From the sequence record NZ_CP110908.1: 64,000 nucleotides of DNA; one strand, 5' to 3'. Origin of the DNA: a plasmid. Position numbers and translations under genes: made by a program. Below, in pieces: positions 9,922 through 19,634 of this stretch (positions within the stretch are counted from its first letter, which is position 1; every line of letters starts with the position of its first letter). The notes below the pieces were generated by a model, which saw only the letters and a list, made by a program, of their open reading frames with translations, searched no databases and was not told the origin of the DNA.

Positions 9922-10949
9922 TGAGAGCGCATCCCTTTGACGCGTAGTTCAGAAGCCTCAACTGAAATCTCACCAATTTCCATTTTCACCCACACATACC
10001 CAGCTTTATCTGGCGCACGGTCAGTCATTATTACCCCTTGCTGACCGTCTATCTCGACAACAACCTGCCATGTTTTTACATCTGAATTACAGTCTAAAAG
10101 CTTGGTTGATTTTTTGTTCTGAGACTTAGATTTCGCATGCGAAATCTCACCTTTGCTTTTGTTCTTAACTGCATCAAGAACAGCTTTAACCTGCGAACGT
10201 GAAATACCAGACTCTCGCGCAGCTGCGACAAGCTTCTCGGCCTCTTCGGGAGACTTTTCATTTACCTGTATCAGTGTGTATGCCAGATCGACATCGGATG
10301 TGATTTTATCCCGGAGAAGGGCGGTAACATTTTCTGGTGCATCAATGAGACGAAGGTGTTTACTGACAAATGAGGTAGGCTTACCCATTGTTTTTGCGAT
10401 CTGCTCACCCGTCATATTGAACTCATGCTTGAGCTCATAGAACGATTTTGCAGTCGCTAATGGTTTCAAACCAGACTGCTGCAGATTTTCAATGAGCTGA
10501 CCGATGATGCGTTCTTTTCTTTCCCGTGGTGGTTTACCGACATAAATATCAATGTGGGTATCACCACGCTTGCGGGCAGTGCGAACACGCGTTTCGCCTA
10601 ACCATATCTGGTAGCCACGTCTGTCACGAGGATAACAACGAGGCGGGGTAAGCATCCCTATCGTTTCGAAGGTATCAGCCATACCATCGATAATATCTTC
10701 CTCGAAGTCTTCTTCAGGTCGCACTTGTTCTTCAGCATAAACCAGATTTATATCGACACGGATTATCTGTCCATCAGGTTCGATATCCGGTCGGGCAATA
10801 TCCGCCATAATCTGGTGCGCAGCTATATCATGGTTCTGCTCATCTGGTTGTTTATTTGCAATGACCTGTTCAATATCAGAAACAACAGATGCATTTTTTT
10901 TCATTTCCTGCTGCGCCTGGAGTCGTCTCATAAACGGTTTCTTGGCCAT
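9918..10949 (-). CDS. parB: ParB/KorB-family partition protein
   Basis: 343 aa; ParB N-terminal-like region (RCYPRDRRGYQIWLGETRVRTARKRG) and HTH (MTGEQIAKTMGKPTSFVSKHLRL); contains palindrome copy 4. Confidence 0.75.
   Translation of the reverse strand: MAKKPFMRRLQAQQEMKKNASVVSDIEQVIANKQPDEQNHDIAAHQIMADIARPDIEPDGQIIRVDINLVYAEEQVRPEEDFEEDIIDGMADTFETIGMLTPPRCYPRDRRGYQIWLGETRVRTARKRGDTHIDIYVGKPPRERKERIIGQLIENLQQSGLKPLATAKSFYELKHEFNMTGEQIAKTMGKPTSFVSKHLRLIDAPENVTALLRDKITSDVDLAYTLIQVNEKSPEEAEKLVAAARESGISRSQVKAVLDAVKNKSKGEISHAKSKSQNKKSTKLLDCNSDVKTWQVVVEIDGQQGVIMTDRAPDKAGYVWVKMEIGEISVEASELRVKGMRSQ
10128..10147. promoter_or_regulatory. Palindrome copy 4 (exact), inside the parB coding sequence
   Basis: AGATTTCGCATGCGAAATCT; encodes EISHAKS in the ParB frame. 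Confidence 0.8.
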
Positions 10950-11815
10950 TACTTACCTCCTGCGAGCAGAATAATTTTCTTAGTAAGTTCTTTATACTGA
11001 ATTGCAGGAAGACATTTGGGGTCATATTCATCAAATGAGAGACCAAGTTCGATCGCTTCCTTTGCAGCAGCAGGTACAAATGATATATAGGCGAGAATGT
11101 ATTCTTCAGAGTAGCCTTTTCCCTGAAGGATCTCGATGAGGAGATTCAGGTTCAGTGTATCAATAGGCCCCAGATATCCTTCTTTAAGTGGCTTTTTATA
11201 ATTTTTGACCTGCGTCTGCGTCACATAAGTCCCCATGAACTGCAGCGAAGGATTGTAGTTCCGCTTAATTTTCTGCATATAAGTAAGCTGTTTACCAACT
11301 GCATTACGGGCCTGCTTCTCCAGCAGGGTAGGGATCAGAAGGTAATCAGCTGACATATGCGCTGCGATCATGACATTTGAATAAGATGGCGCTGAATCAG
11401 CAATAATAAAATCAAACTGTTTCTTCAGTTCTTCAATACGGTCCCTGAAGTCGAACATGCAGTCGCTGTTTCGGTAGTTAATTTCATTAAGTTCACTGGT
11501 AGCACCGATAAAAAAGCGCCCGCCAGGAAGCTCAATCGGTCGAATCTCTGTTTCAGAAAAGAAAAGCTGATATGTATTCGCTTCACCGGGTGTAAAACTG
11601 TTACTTAAAGGTTCGCGTTCTATCTCATAAGGTAAGCCGTCAGGGAATGCCCTCTCCGTCAGACCAGTTGTCCAGTCCATATCAATTTCAAGCACACGGA
11701 AACCAGCTTCACGAAGGTCATGTGCGATTTCACTGGATGACTGCGATTTAACGATTCCGCCCTTCTGACTACATACAACGATCAGTTTTCCGATAGGTCC
11801 AATTTTCAGTGTCAT
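10949..11815 (-). CDS. parA: ParA-family partition ATPase
   Basis: ORF 10949-11839 trimmed to MTLKIGPIGKLIVVCSQKGGIVKS (deviant Walker A); the longer ORF began at the ATG in the palindrome centre. Confidence 0.7.
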   Translation of the reverse strand: MTLKIGPIGKLIVVCSQKGGIVKSQSSSEIAHDLREAGFRVLEIDMDWTTGLTERAFPDGLPYEIEREPLSNSFTPGEANTYQLFFSETEIRPIELPGGRFFIGATSELNEINYRNSDCMFDFRDRIEELKKQFDFIIADSAPSYSNVMIAAHMSADYLLIPTLLEKQARNAVGKQLTYMQKIKRNYNPSLQFMGTYVTQTQVKNYKKPLKEGYLGPIDTLNLNLLIEILQGKGYSEEYILAYISFVPAAAKEAIELGLSFDEYDPKCLPAIQYKELTKKIILLAGGK

Positions 11816-11828
11816 GTAACAATCCTTA

Positions 11829-11846
11829 AGATTTCGCATGCGAAAT
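11829..11846. promoter_or_regulatory. Palindrome copy 5 (AGATTTCGCATGCGAAAT, 3' end degenerate), 14 bp upstream of the parA start
   Basis: Operator-like position. Confidence 0.7.
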
Positions 11847-12046
11847 GTTTGAGAAGGGGCGGCACGGCTTGAAAGAGTATTTCAATAATGAAATGAATTC
11901 ATTGCGGGATTTCATACACACTCCTGTGAGTCAGGCGTTTCGCCAGGTGCAGAAGCAGCTATCTGCCACTGCGTTTGTTGTCGCGCTTTCATGACAACAC
12001 AAACAGTATACAGAGAAAATATAAGATATCAATAATGATACGCAAT

Positions 12047-12065
12047 AGATTTCGCATGCGAAATC
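12047..12065. promoter_or_regulatory. Palindrome copy 6 (AGATTTCGCATGCGAAATC)
   Basis: About 230 bp upstream of parA. Confidence 0.75.
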
Positions 12066-12221
12066 ACATTTTATGTCCGTTAGTAAAAGCCGAACCAGCG
12101 GCTTTTTTACGTCACTGGTTTAATACCCTCGCCATCTGGACACTCCGATAATTCTGTCCAGTTCTGCTGGCAGCGCAGGATCTGGCCTGATAGTCTTGGG
12201 TAATAACTACAGGAGGTAGAG

Positions 12222-12440
12222 ATGACATTTTTCCTTATTATTGCGTTTGCTCTGATAGTCGTCGGTAGGCTTCTGCTGCGAAAGAGCCTAAATAAACTCC
12301 ACAATGAGTATTACCGCCGCGCTGACGAGCGGGGATGCGCGGAACGTTATGAATCGTTCGTTCGCCTTTACAATTCCAGAGATCCCCGCATTTTAGAAAT
12401 TGCTTATCTGGAAGCCATTTCCTGCACTAAGGCCGCTTGA
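12222..12440 (+). CDS. Small hydrophobic protein (72 aa)
   Basis: GGAGGTAGAG SD; N-terminal TM-like FFLIIAFALIVVG; followed by a terminator hairpin. Confidence 0.45.
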   Translation: MTFFLIIAFALIVVGRLLLRKSLNKLHNEYYRRADERGCAERYESFVRLYNSRDPRILEIAYLEAISCTKAA

Positions 12441-12453
12441 GCGGCCTTTTTTA
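12431..12453 (+). terminator. Rho-independent terminator
   Basis: GGCCGCTTGAGCGGCC hairpin followed by TTTTTT. Confidence 0.65.
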
Positions 12454-12515
12454 TATCCCTCGTTTAATTCTCCGCTCGGTTAGACATTCAGGTATTTCTG
12501 TCCACGTCAGTTAGC

Positions 12516-12914
12516 TCAGGTCCATAACGAAAGAATCCAGCCAGCTATCACATCGTTTGAAATTGATGCGAAAACTCCACACGCGCCTCCAAGCCACCAT
12601 TTATGCTTTCCCACAAAACGCTTTAGCTTTTCCCCTCTGGTAAGTGATGCCTCATGCAATTCGATAAGCGTTATCCATTCCTGTATCTTCTGTTTATAAT
12701 AATTCCAGCTATTCTTATCTACCTGTTCCTGAGATAGCGGTTTTATTCTTCTGGAGATCCAGCCGCAGAATTCGGGAGGCATAATTTCCGATAACTCTTT
12801 TACACCAAAATCAAACCGGTGCTGGTTAAGAAGAGATATAATTTCTCTCTGTTCAGCGGTGTTAAGCCCAGCGCGGTCGCGGACTTCAATTAGTTGGTCC
12901 AGTGTCATAAGCAA
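12516..12914 (-). CDS. Hypothetical protein (132 aa, C-terminal hydrophobic segment)
   Basis: ORF in an AT-rich segment. Confidence 0.4.
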   Translation of the reverse strand: MLMTLDQLIEVRDRAGLNTAEQREIISLLNQHRFDFGVKELSEIMPPEFCGWISRRIKPLSQEQVDKNSWNYYKQKIQEWITLIELHEASLTRGEKLKRFVGKHKWWLGGACGVFASISNDVIAGWILSLWT

Positions 12915-13044
12915 GCCCTCTTATGGTTGAAGACCCCTATTTTATCACCTCCGGAACATGGCCGTAGAAGTCGCCCTGTTATGTCCATTTATAATAAATT
13001 TGCGTTCGCCTGGACGTTCAGTTGTTTCAGTTCACTTACTTACC

Positions 13045-13548
13045 TTACCTCCGCCAGAACGCCCACCATGCATGTTGTTTGCCCTGAAGTGCAGCTTTAT
13101 CCTGAAGTAATTCAGCACTAACTACCCCCTGAAGCATAGAAACGGAGTCTCTCGCGGCATTACGGTAGGAATCAATAAGATCACTGGGCTTTCTGAGCAA
13201 AATAAATTGCGATACTTTTGCCTGAGTATCAAACGCATAAACTCGTAATTCAGACGAAGAAGTGAGACTCACAATATTATGCAACCGCATATAATCGGTG
13301 TAGTCCTCGCCACCTGGATCACATGATTCATAAAGATATTTCTGCATTAGCAATTGCGATGAAGAAAGGAAATCTATATAGCGGTCAGTTTTTTTATCTA
13401 TATCACGCAGTCGCTGAGCTACTGCTTCTTTCCTAATTTCATGGAGGTGTGTTAATTTCAGTGTAATCCAGCCGCCAACAATGGTGATTAACGCGCCCAG
13501 ACCGATTTTAACGGCACTGTCAGCCACATCCACCCACTCAAGCGCCAT
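13045..13548 (-). CDS. Hypothetical protein (167 aa, N-terminal TM)
   Basis: ORF in an AT-rich segment. Confidence 0.4.
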   Translation of the reverse strand: MALEWVDVADSAVKIGLGALITIVGGWITLKLTHLHEIRKEAVAQRLRDIDKKTDRYIDFLSSSQLLMQKYLYESCDPGGEDYTDYMRLHNIVSLTSSSELRVYAFDTQAKVSQFILLRKPSDLIDSYRNAARDSVSMLQGVVSAELLQDKAALQGKQHAWWAFWRR

Positions 13549-13785
13549 CTGCTATCCCTTCTATTTCTGTGATGATCATGACTGTCAGTATAAATCCCCG
13601 GCGGATTGGACATACAGCGCTTTCTGTCCAGTTCAATCCATGCCTCGCTCTATCACCTTCAATCATGCACCAAGAATGTACAAAAAATGTTTTCTAACTT
13701 GGACATTTCGGCACTATCGGAAAAAGTGTCCAGAAAATATTTCTGGTGATCGTATTTAATTTTGTTGACCCGCTGCGCAAACCGT

Positions 13786-13850
13786 GAGTCTGTTCAGAAC
13801 TTGCTTCTGAACAGGGGAGGGGTTGGACAAGCCCGCCGGGCGCGTCAGCA
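13786..13850 (+). other. Recombination-site-like module A
   Basis: IR TCTGTTCAGAACTTGCTTCTGAACAG followed by GGTTGGACAAGCCCGCCGGGCGCGTCAG; about 80 percent identical to module B at 23877-23945. Confidence 0.5.
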
Positions 13851-13970
13851 AGTCACATTGGGGTATGCTCTATATATACCATCCGAAAAAATACCGGCTA
13901 ATATTATTGTTACCACATAAGTGATACCATCATAAGCAAGACCACTTAAAAGTTACCAGAAGGACAAAAT

Positions 13971-14612
13971 ATGTTCGTTTTTGGTTACCTCCGGGCATCC
14001 ACTTCAGAGCAGGATGCCAGCCGGGCAAAAAATGCACTGAAGGCATTTGCAAACCAACATGGCCACCGTATTGCTGGCTGGTATATCGACAATGTCTCCG
14101 GTGCGACAATGAACCGTCCTGAACTGATCAGGCTTCTTGGTGATGCGGAACCTGGTGATGTGATTCTCATTGAACAGGTCGACAGGCTTACTCGACTGGA
14201 TGATGCAGGCTGGGAGACACTCAGAAAGCAAATCACCGACAAGCAGTTGGCCATCGTCAGTCTTGATTTACCAACCAGCCATCTGGCGCTATCCAGCACA
14301 GTAAGTGATGACTTCACCCGAAGCATGCTGAAGGCCGTAAATGGCATGATGCTGGATATGCTCGCCGCTATTGCCAGAAAAGACTACGAAGACCGTCGAC
14401 GTCGCCAGGCAGAGGGAATCTGTAAAGCGAAAACTGAAGGAAAATACCGGGGCAGGGTGGCCGATGCACAGAAACATGAACTGATACGTACTCTGCGCCT
14501 GGTCAACGGAAAATCGCTGCGAGAAACAGCCCGCCTGGCTGGCGTTTCCAAAATGACTGTCATCAGAGTCTGCAATGCTCAGAATGTAGAGCCAGAGACG
14601 GCTAATACCTAA
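13971..14612 (+). CDS. Serine recombinase (resolvase/invertase family)
   Basis: 213 aa; N-terminal GYLRASTSEQD catalytic-serine motif; C-terminal HTH. Confidence 0.85.
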   Translation: MFVFGYLRASTSEQDASRAKNALKAFANQHGHRIAGWYIDNVSGATMNRPELIRLLGDAEPGDVILIEQVDRLTRLDDAGWETLRKQITDKQLAIVSLDLPTSHLALSSTVSDDFTRSMLKAVNGMMLDMLAAIARKDYEDRRRRQAEGICKAKTEGKYRGRVADAQKHELIRTLRLVNGKSLRETARLAGVSKMTVIRVCNAQNVEPETANT

Positions 14613-14778
14613 GATGAATAACGTAACCCACACTCTGAAAGGACATAGCATGAATGATATACCATTTGTTACGTTCACCTCTGATCCTAGACTGGCCCCC
14701 TGAATCTCCAGACAACCAATATCACTTAAATAAGTGATAGTCTTAATACTAGTTTTTAGACTAGTCATTGGAGAGCAG

Positions 14779-15144
14779 ATGATTGATGTCTTAGGACCGG
14801 AGAAACGCAGACGGCGTACTACACAGGAAAAGATCGCTATTGTTCAGCAGAGTTTTGAACCGGGAATGACGGTCTCCCTTGTTGCCCGGCAACACGGTGT
14901 GGCAGCCAGCCAGTTATTTCTCTGGCGCAAGCAATACCAGGAGGGAAGTCTTACTGCTGTGGCCGCAGGAGAGCAGGTCGTTCCTGCCTCTGAACTTGCT
15001 GCTGCCATGAAGCAGATTAAAGAACTCCAGCGCCTGCTCGGCAAAAAAACGATGGAAAATGAACTCCTTAAAGAAGCCGTTGAATACGGGCGTGCAAAAA
15101 AGTGGATAGCGCACGCGCCCTTATTGCCCGGGGATGGGGAGTAA
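14779..15144 (+). CDS. insC: IS2 transposase OrfA (InsC)
   Basis: [40 protein letters not shown]... Confidence 0.9.
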
Positions 15145-16007
15145 GCTTAGTCAGCCGTTGTCTCCGGGTGTCGCGTGCGCAGTTGCACGTAATTCTCAGA
15201 CGAACCGATGACTGGAAAGATGGTCGCCGCAGCCGTCACTCAGATGATACGGATGTGCTTCTCCGTATACACCATGTTATCGGAGAGCTGCCCACGTATG
15301 GTTATCGTCGGGTATGGGCGCTGCTTCGCAGACAGGCCGAACTTGATGGTATGCCTGCGATCAATGCCAAACGTGTTTACCGGATCATGCGCCAGAATGC
15401 GCTGTTGCTTGAGCGAAAAACCGCTGTACCGCCATCGAAACGGGCACATACTGGCAAAGTGGCCGTGAAAGAAAGCAATCAACGATGGTGCTCTGACGGG
15501 TTCGAGTTCCGCTGTGATAACGGAGAAAAACTGCGAGTCACGTTCGCGCTGGACTGCTGTGACCGTGAGGCACTGCACTGGGCAGTCACTACGGGCGGCT
15601 TCGACAGTGAAACAGTACAGGACGTAATGCTGGGAGCGGTGGAACGCCGCTTCGGCAACGAGCTTCCGGCGTCTCCAGTAGAGTGGCTGACGGATAATGG
15701 TTCATGCTACCGGGCTAATGAAACACGGCAGTTTGCCCGGATGTTGGGGCTTGAACCGAAGAACACGGCGGTGCGGAGTCCGGAGAGTAACGGCATAGCA
15801 GAGAGCTTCGTGAAAACGATAAAGCGTGACTACATCAGTATCATGCCTAAACCAGACGGGTTAACGGCAGCAAAGAACCTTGCAGAGGCGTTCGAGCATT
15901 ATAACGAATGGCATCCGCATAGTGCACTGGGTTATCGCTCGCCACGGGAATATCTGCGGCAGCGGGCCAGTAATGGGTTAAGTGATAACAGGTGTCTGGA
16001 ACTATAG
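15102..16007 (+). CDS. insD: IS2 transposase OrfB (InsD)
   Basis: 301-aa DDE integrase-type ORF overlapping orfA in the -1 frame. Confidence 0.9.
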
Positions 16008-16322
16008 GGGCAAATCCAGATCCTATTGAAGGTGAAGTGAGTCAGGCTCTTTCTCTTTATAAAATTGCATTGATAAAAACCAATTACCGCAATTTTTGGC
16101 ATCGTCTGTTATGTAAATTAAGGGATAAAGAAGCACTTGAAAACGAATGTATTCTTGTCAAACAGGAAATACGATGTAGAGATGTCATCAATCAGTCCGA
16201 TGCACACAGAGAAATGCTAAAAATTCTTATAAGTCAACAACCCTCGGATATCCGTCAACGAGATCAGTTTAGCCGATTACTTGAACCTTCATCAACCAAT
16301 GCACTCTATAGAGAACATAGTG

Positions 16323-16676
16323 ATGACAAATAAATCAGGGGCCAACGGGCATTACGGCTATCTTTTTGAAGAGCCGGTAGATGAAATATCTGGTGATATC
16401 CTTATCGATTTAGAAAATCTACCGCCAGAGATGAAGCAGACTATTCTCTTGCTCGTGAAAAATGCAGCTGACCGTGATGCGGCGCAGAAAGCGCTGTCCG
16501 ACATAATGAAGCAAATTGAGTTTGATGTAACCGCTGCTGATTTGCAGCATATCTTTTTAAACCAGGTAACGCTTAAAGATCAGCATGGGAAAAAGGGGAC
16601 CGAACCACCCCGGAACGATCCCCTGAAGGAATGGCAATTCCGTTCACCGCCAATATTAGCTTTTTCCGGGCTGTGA
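16323..16676 (+). CDS. Hypothetical protein (117 aa), coupled to the disrupted upstream ORF
   Basis: ATG overlaps the upstream stop (ATGACAAATAA). Confidence 0.45.
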   Translation: MTNKSGANGHYGYLFEEPVDEISGDILIDLENLPPEMKQTILLLVKNAADRDAAQKALSDIMKQIEFDVTAADLQHIFLNQVTLKDQHGKKGTEPPRNDPLKEWQFRSPPILAFSGL

Positions 16677-16712
16677 TAACATATCCGGGTGATTTTTCAG
16701 AGCTCAGGACTG

Positions 16713-17651
16713 ATGAAGAAGAAATCCGGTACACCCACACCCCATGACGCGACATTTCGCCAGTTCCTGGCGAATCCCGATGTCGCCCGTGACTTCATGA
16801 TGTTACATCTCCCGGCTGAATTACGCGCGCTGTGCGATTTGACCACGCTGAAGCTGGAGTCCGGTACCTTCGTTGAGGACGACTTACGTCAGTACGCCAG
16901 CGACATTCTCTGGAGCATGAAAACCACCACCGGCGATGACGGGTACATCCATCTGCTTCTGGAACACCAGAGTTCGGCGGATAAAAATATGGCCTTTCGT
17001 CAGCTCAGATATGCTGTCGCCGCCATGCAACGTCATCTTGAAGCGGGTCATAAAAAACTGCCGCTGGTCATCCCGGTTCTGTTTTACCACGGCAGCCGGA
17101 GTCCGTACCCGTTCTCCACGAACTGGCTGGATTGTTTCAGTAACCCGGAACAGGCCGGAAAAGTATACACGACAGGATTCCCGCTGGTTGATGTCACCGT
17201 CATCGATGATGATGAGATAATGAACCACAGACGGATGGCCGCACTGACCCTGCTGATGAAACATATCCGCCAGCGGGACATGATGGAACTGCTGGACAGG
17301 CTACCCCGGGTGATGGTGGAATGGATTTCCCCCGAACAGGTCCGCGTTCTGATAAACTACATGTTAAATGCAGGCGAAGCGCCTGCACCGGAATTTATGC
17401 GGGCGCTGGCAGAGCGTCTGCCGCAACACGAGGATGAACTGATGACCATCGCACAACAGCTTGAACAGATTGGCATCGAGAAGGGCCTGCAGCAGGGCCT
17501 GCAGTTAGGTGAGCAACGCGGTATTGAAAAAGGCCGCAATGAAGGCAAACTCGAAGTTGCCCGCACCATGCTCCAGAACGGTATCGACCGCAGTACCGTC
17601 ATGAAAATGACCGGTCTGACTGAAGACGATCTGGCGCAGATCCGCCACTAA
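16713..17651 (+). CDS. Rpn-family recombination-promoting nuclease / putative transposase (YhgA-like)
   Basis: MKKKSGTPTPHDATFRQFL...DILW...; C-terminal QQGLQLGEQRGIEKG repeats typical of Rpn/YhgA. Confidence 0.7.
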   Translation: MKKKSGTPTPHDATFRQFLANPDVARDFMMLHLPAELRALCDLTTLKLESGTFVEDDLRQYASDILWSMKTTTGDDGYIHLLLEHQSSADKNMAFRQLRYAVAAMQRHLEAGHKKLPLVIPVLFYHGSRSPYPFSTNWLDCFSNPEQAGKVYTTGFPLVDVTVIDDDEIMNHRRMAALTLLMKHIRQRDMMELLDRLPRVMVEWISPEQVRVLINYMLNAGEAPAPEFMRALAERLPQHEDELMTIAQQLEQIGIEKGLQQGLQLGEQRGIEKGRNEGKLEVARTMLQNGIDRSTVMKMTGLTEDDLAQIRH

Positions 17652-17737
17652 TCCCCCTTTCCCGGCACTCCCTGTCCGGCCATCAGCGAATACTGGTGGG
17701 GCAGGGAGGCACCAGACTCAGGCTCTGCCTGCCAGCC

Positions 17738-18532
17738 TCACGCTGTCCGCAGTGATGTCGGGGGATAATGTGTGCTTACCATCAGAAGCGAAGCCTCCTG
17801 CTTTTCAAGTTCGGCTCTGGCGTTTTCCGACAAACCATCATCTGTAATTATTGTATCAAAGGCGTCCAGCGACAATGCCAGCCAGGTCGCCACCTGGCCA
17901 TATTTTGTGGCGTCACAGACCAGTATCCGTTGCCTGCTGGCGTCGGCTATCGCCCGTTTTACCGTCACCTTATCTTCTGCCGGGGTGGAAATGCCCCGGA
18001 CACTCCACGACGAGGCAGAGATAAATGCCTGATCAATCATCAGCCCACGCAACATGGTTGCCGTGGCTTCCCCCACACATGAACGGTTTTCCCGGCAAAC
18101 AGCCCCCCCGGTGTGAATAATTGTGCAACTGCTGTTATCAAGCAGAAAATCTGCGATGACAAAATCATTGGTGACCACGGTAAGAGGTTCTGTTTTAACC
18201 AGATGCTGAGCGATGGCAAGAGTGGTCGTTCCTGCATCCAGATAGATGCAACTGCCGGGCTGAATGAGACTGGCTGCAAGCTTTCCGATCGCTGTTTTTT
18301 GCTTCATTGCCAGTGCTGTTTTCATCTGATGGGAAGGCTCATGCGCCACTCTCCCGGATAACTGAACACCACCAGACACCAGCGTCACGGCCCCCTGCTG
18401 CTCCAGTTTTTGCAAATCCCGGCGAATGGTCATATGCGACACATTTAACCTGTCTATCAGCTCAGCAATACTGACAACGCTTTTTTCAGCAATCATCCCC
18501 AGGATAATTTGTCGACGTTCTGCGGGTATCAA
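17738..18532 (-). CDS. ygbI: DeoR-family transcriptional regulator (YgbI-like)
   Basis: N-terminal HTH (RRQIILGMIAEKSVVSIAELIDRLNVSHMTIRRDL) plus DeoR C-terminal sugar-binding domain. Confidence 0.8.
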   Translation of the reverse strand: MIPAERRQIILGMIAEKSVVSIAELIDRLNVSHMTIRRDLQKLEQQGAVTLVSGGVQLSGRVAHEPSHQMKTALAMKQKTAIGKLAASLIQPGSCIYLDAGTTTLAIAQHLVKTEPLTVVTNDFVIADFLLDNSSCTIIHTGGAVCRENRSCVGEATATMLRGLMIDQAFISASSWSVRGISTPAEDKVTVKRAIADASRQRILVCDATKYGQVATWLALSLDAFDTIITDDGLSENARAELEKQEASLLMVSTHYPPTSLRTA

Positions 18533-18725
18533 CTTCAGCTCCTTCCTTTTGACCTGCGGTCATTCTACGTTATTTGTTCGTTATACGTGTATGACCCGTA
18601 TTCTGGATTCACATAAATTAACAGCATATGTTAATTTATGTGACGCGATTCACTAACCAGCTTTCGTTAACTGTATATATTAACAATATAGAACAAAATA
18701 ACACTTAAATTAACAAGGAAAGAAG

Positions 18726-19634
18726 ATGAAAACGGGCTCAGAGTATCATGTCGGTGTTGTTGGTTTAGGTTCAATGGGGATGGGAGCGGCACTGTCATGC
18801 GTGCGCGCCGGTCTGTCCACCTGGGGGGCTGATCTGAACGTCAGAGCATGCGAAACCCTCAAAAAATCAGGGGCATGCGGCGTTTCTGATAACGCAGCAG
18901 TGTTTGCAGAAAAACTGGATGCGCTGCTGTTACTGGTGGTCAACGCGGCTCAGGTGAAGCAGATACTGTTTGGCGATAACGGTGTTGCCCGGCATCTGAA
19001 ACCCGGAACCGTTGTGATGGTTTCCTCCACAATTGCCAGTGCTGATGCACAGGAAATTGCTACAGCCCTGGCGGCATTCGATCTGGATATGCTGGATGCA
19101 CCTGTTTCCGGTGGCGCGATCAAAGCGGCTGACGGGGAAATGACCGTCATGGCTTCCGGCAGTGATAACGCTTTCGCCCGTCTCGAACCAGTCCTGGATG
19201 CTATTGCAGGCAAAGTTTACCGCATTGGTAAAGAACCGGGCCTGGGTGCCACGGTGAAAATAATTCACCAGCTTTTAGCGGGTGTACATATTGCCGCAGG
19301 GGCAGAAGCAATGGCACTGGCCGCACGCGCGGGCATTCCACTGGATGTGATGTATGACGTGGTCACCCACGCTGCCGGCAACTCCTGGATGTTCGAAAAC
19401 CGGATGCGCCACGTTGTTGATGGTGATTACACAGCTAAATCTGCCGTTGATATATTCGTAAAAGATTTAGGGTTAGTGGCCGATACCGCTAAATCACTCC
19501 ACTTCCCGCTGCCCCTGGCATCAACCGCATTCAATATGTTCACTGCAGCCAGTAACGCCGGTTACGGCAAAGAAGATGACAGTGCGGTCATCAAAATTTT
19601 CTCCGGTATCACTCTTCCTGGGAGAAAATCATGA
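18726..19634 (+). CDS. ltnD: L-threonate dehydrogenase (3-hydroxyisobutyrate dehydrogenase family, YgbJ/LtnD-like)
   Basis: 302 aa; GVVGLGSMGMGAA NAD-binding motif. Confidence 0.8.
   Translation: MKTGSEYHVGVVGLGSMGMGAALSCVRAGLSTWGADLNVRACETLKKSGACGVSDNAAVFAEKLDALLLLVVNAAQVKQILFGDNGVARHLKPGTVVMVSSTIASADAQEIATALAAFDLDMLDAPVSGGAIKAADGEMTVMASGSDNAFARLEPVLDAIAGKVYRIGKEPGLGATVKIIHQLLAGVHIAAGAEAMALAARAGIPLDVMYDVVTHAAGNSWMFENRMRHVVDGDYTAKSAVDIFVKDLGLVADTAKSLHFPLPLASTAFNMFTAASNAGYGKEDDSAVIKIFSGITLPGRKS

Larger units (their letters stand above)
14688..16018 (+). mobile_element. IS2 (IS3 family), 1331 bp, flanked by 5-bp TSD GATCC
   Basis: Ends TAGACTGGCCCCCTGAATCTCC and GGGGCAAATCCA; GATCC at 14683-14687 and 16019-16023; InsC/InsD proteins match IS2. 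Confidence 0.9.
14650..16333 (+). pseudogene. Small ORF (~116 aa) split by an IS2 insertion
   Basis: MNDIPFVTFTSDP (14650-14687) continues in frame after IS2 and one TSD copy as IEGEVSQALSLYK... (16024-16333). Confidence 0.6.

Noticed and set aside
11816-11839. Longer ParA start MRNLKDCY
   Set aside because: The ATG is the CATG centre of palindrome copy 5. The internal MTLKIGPIGK start fits ParA N-termini better.
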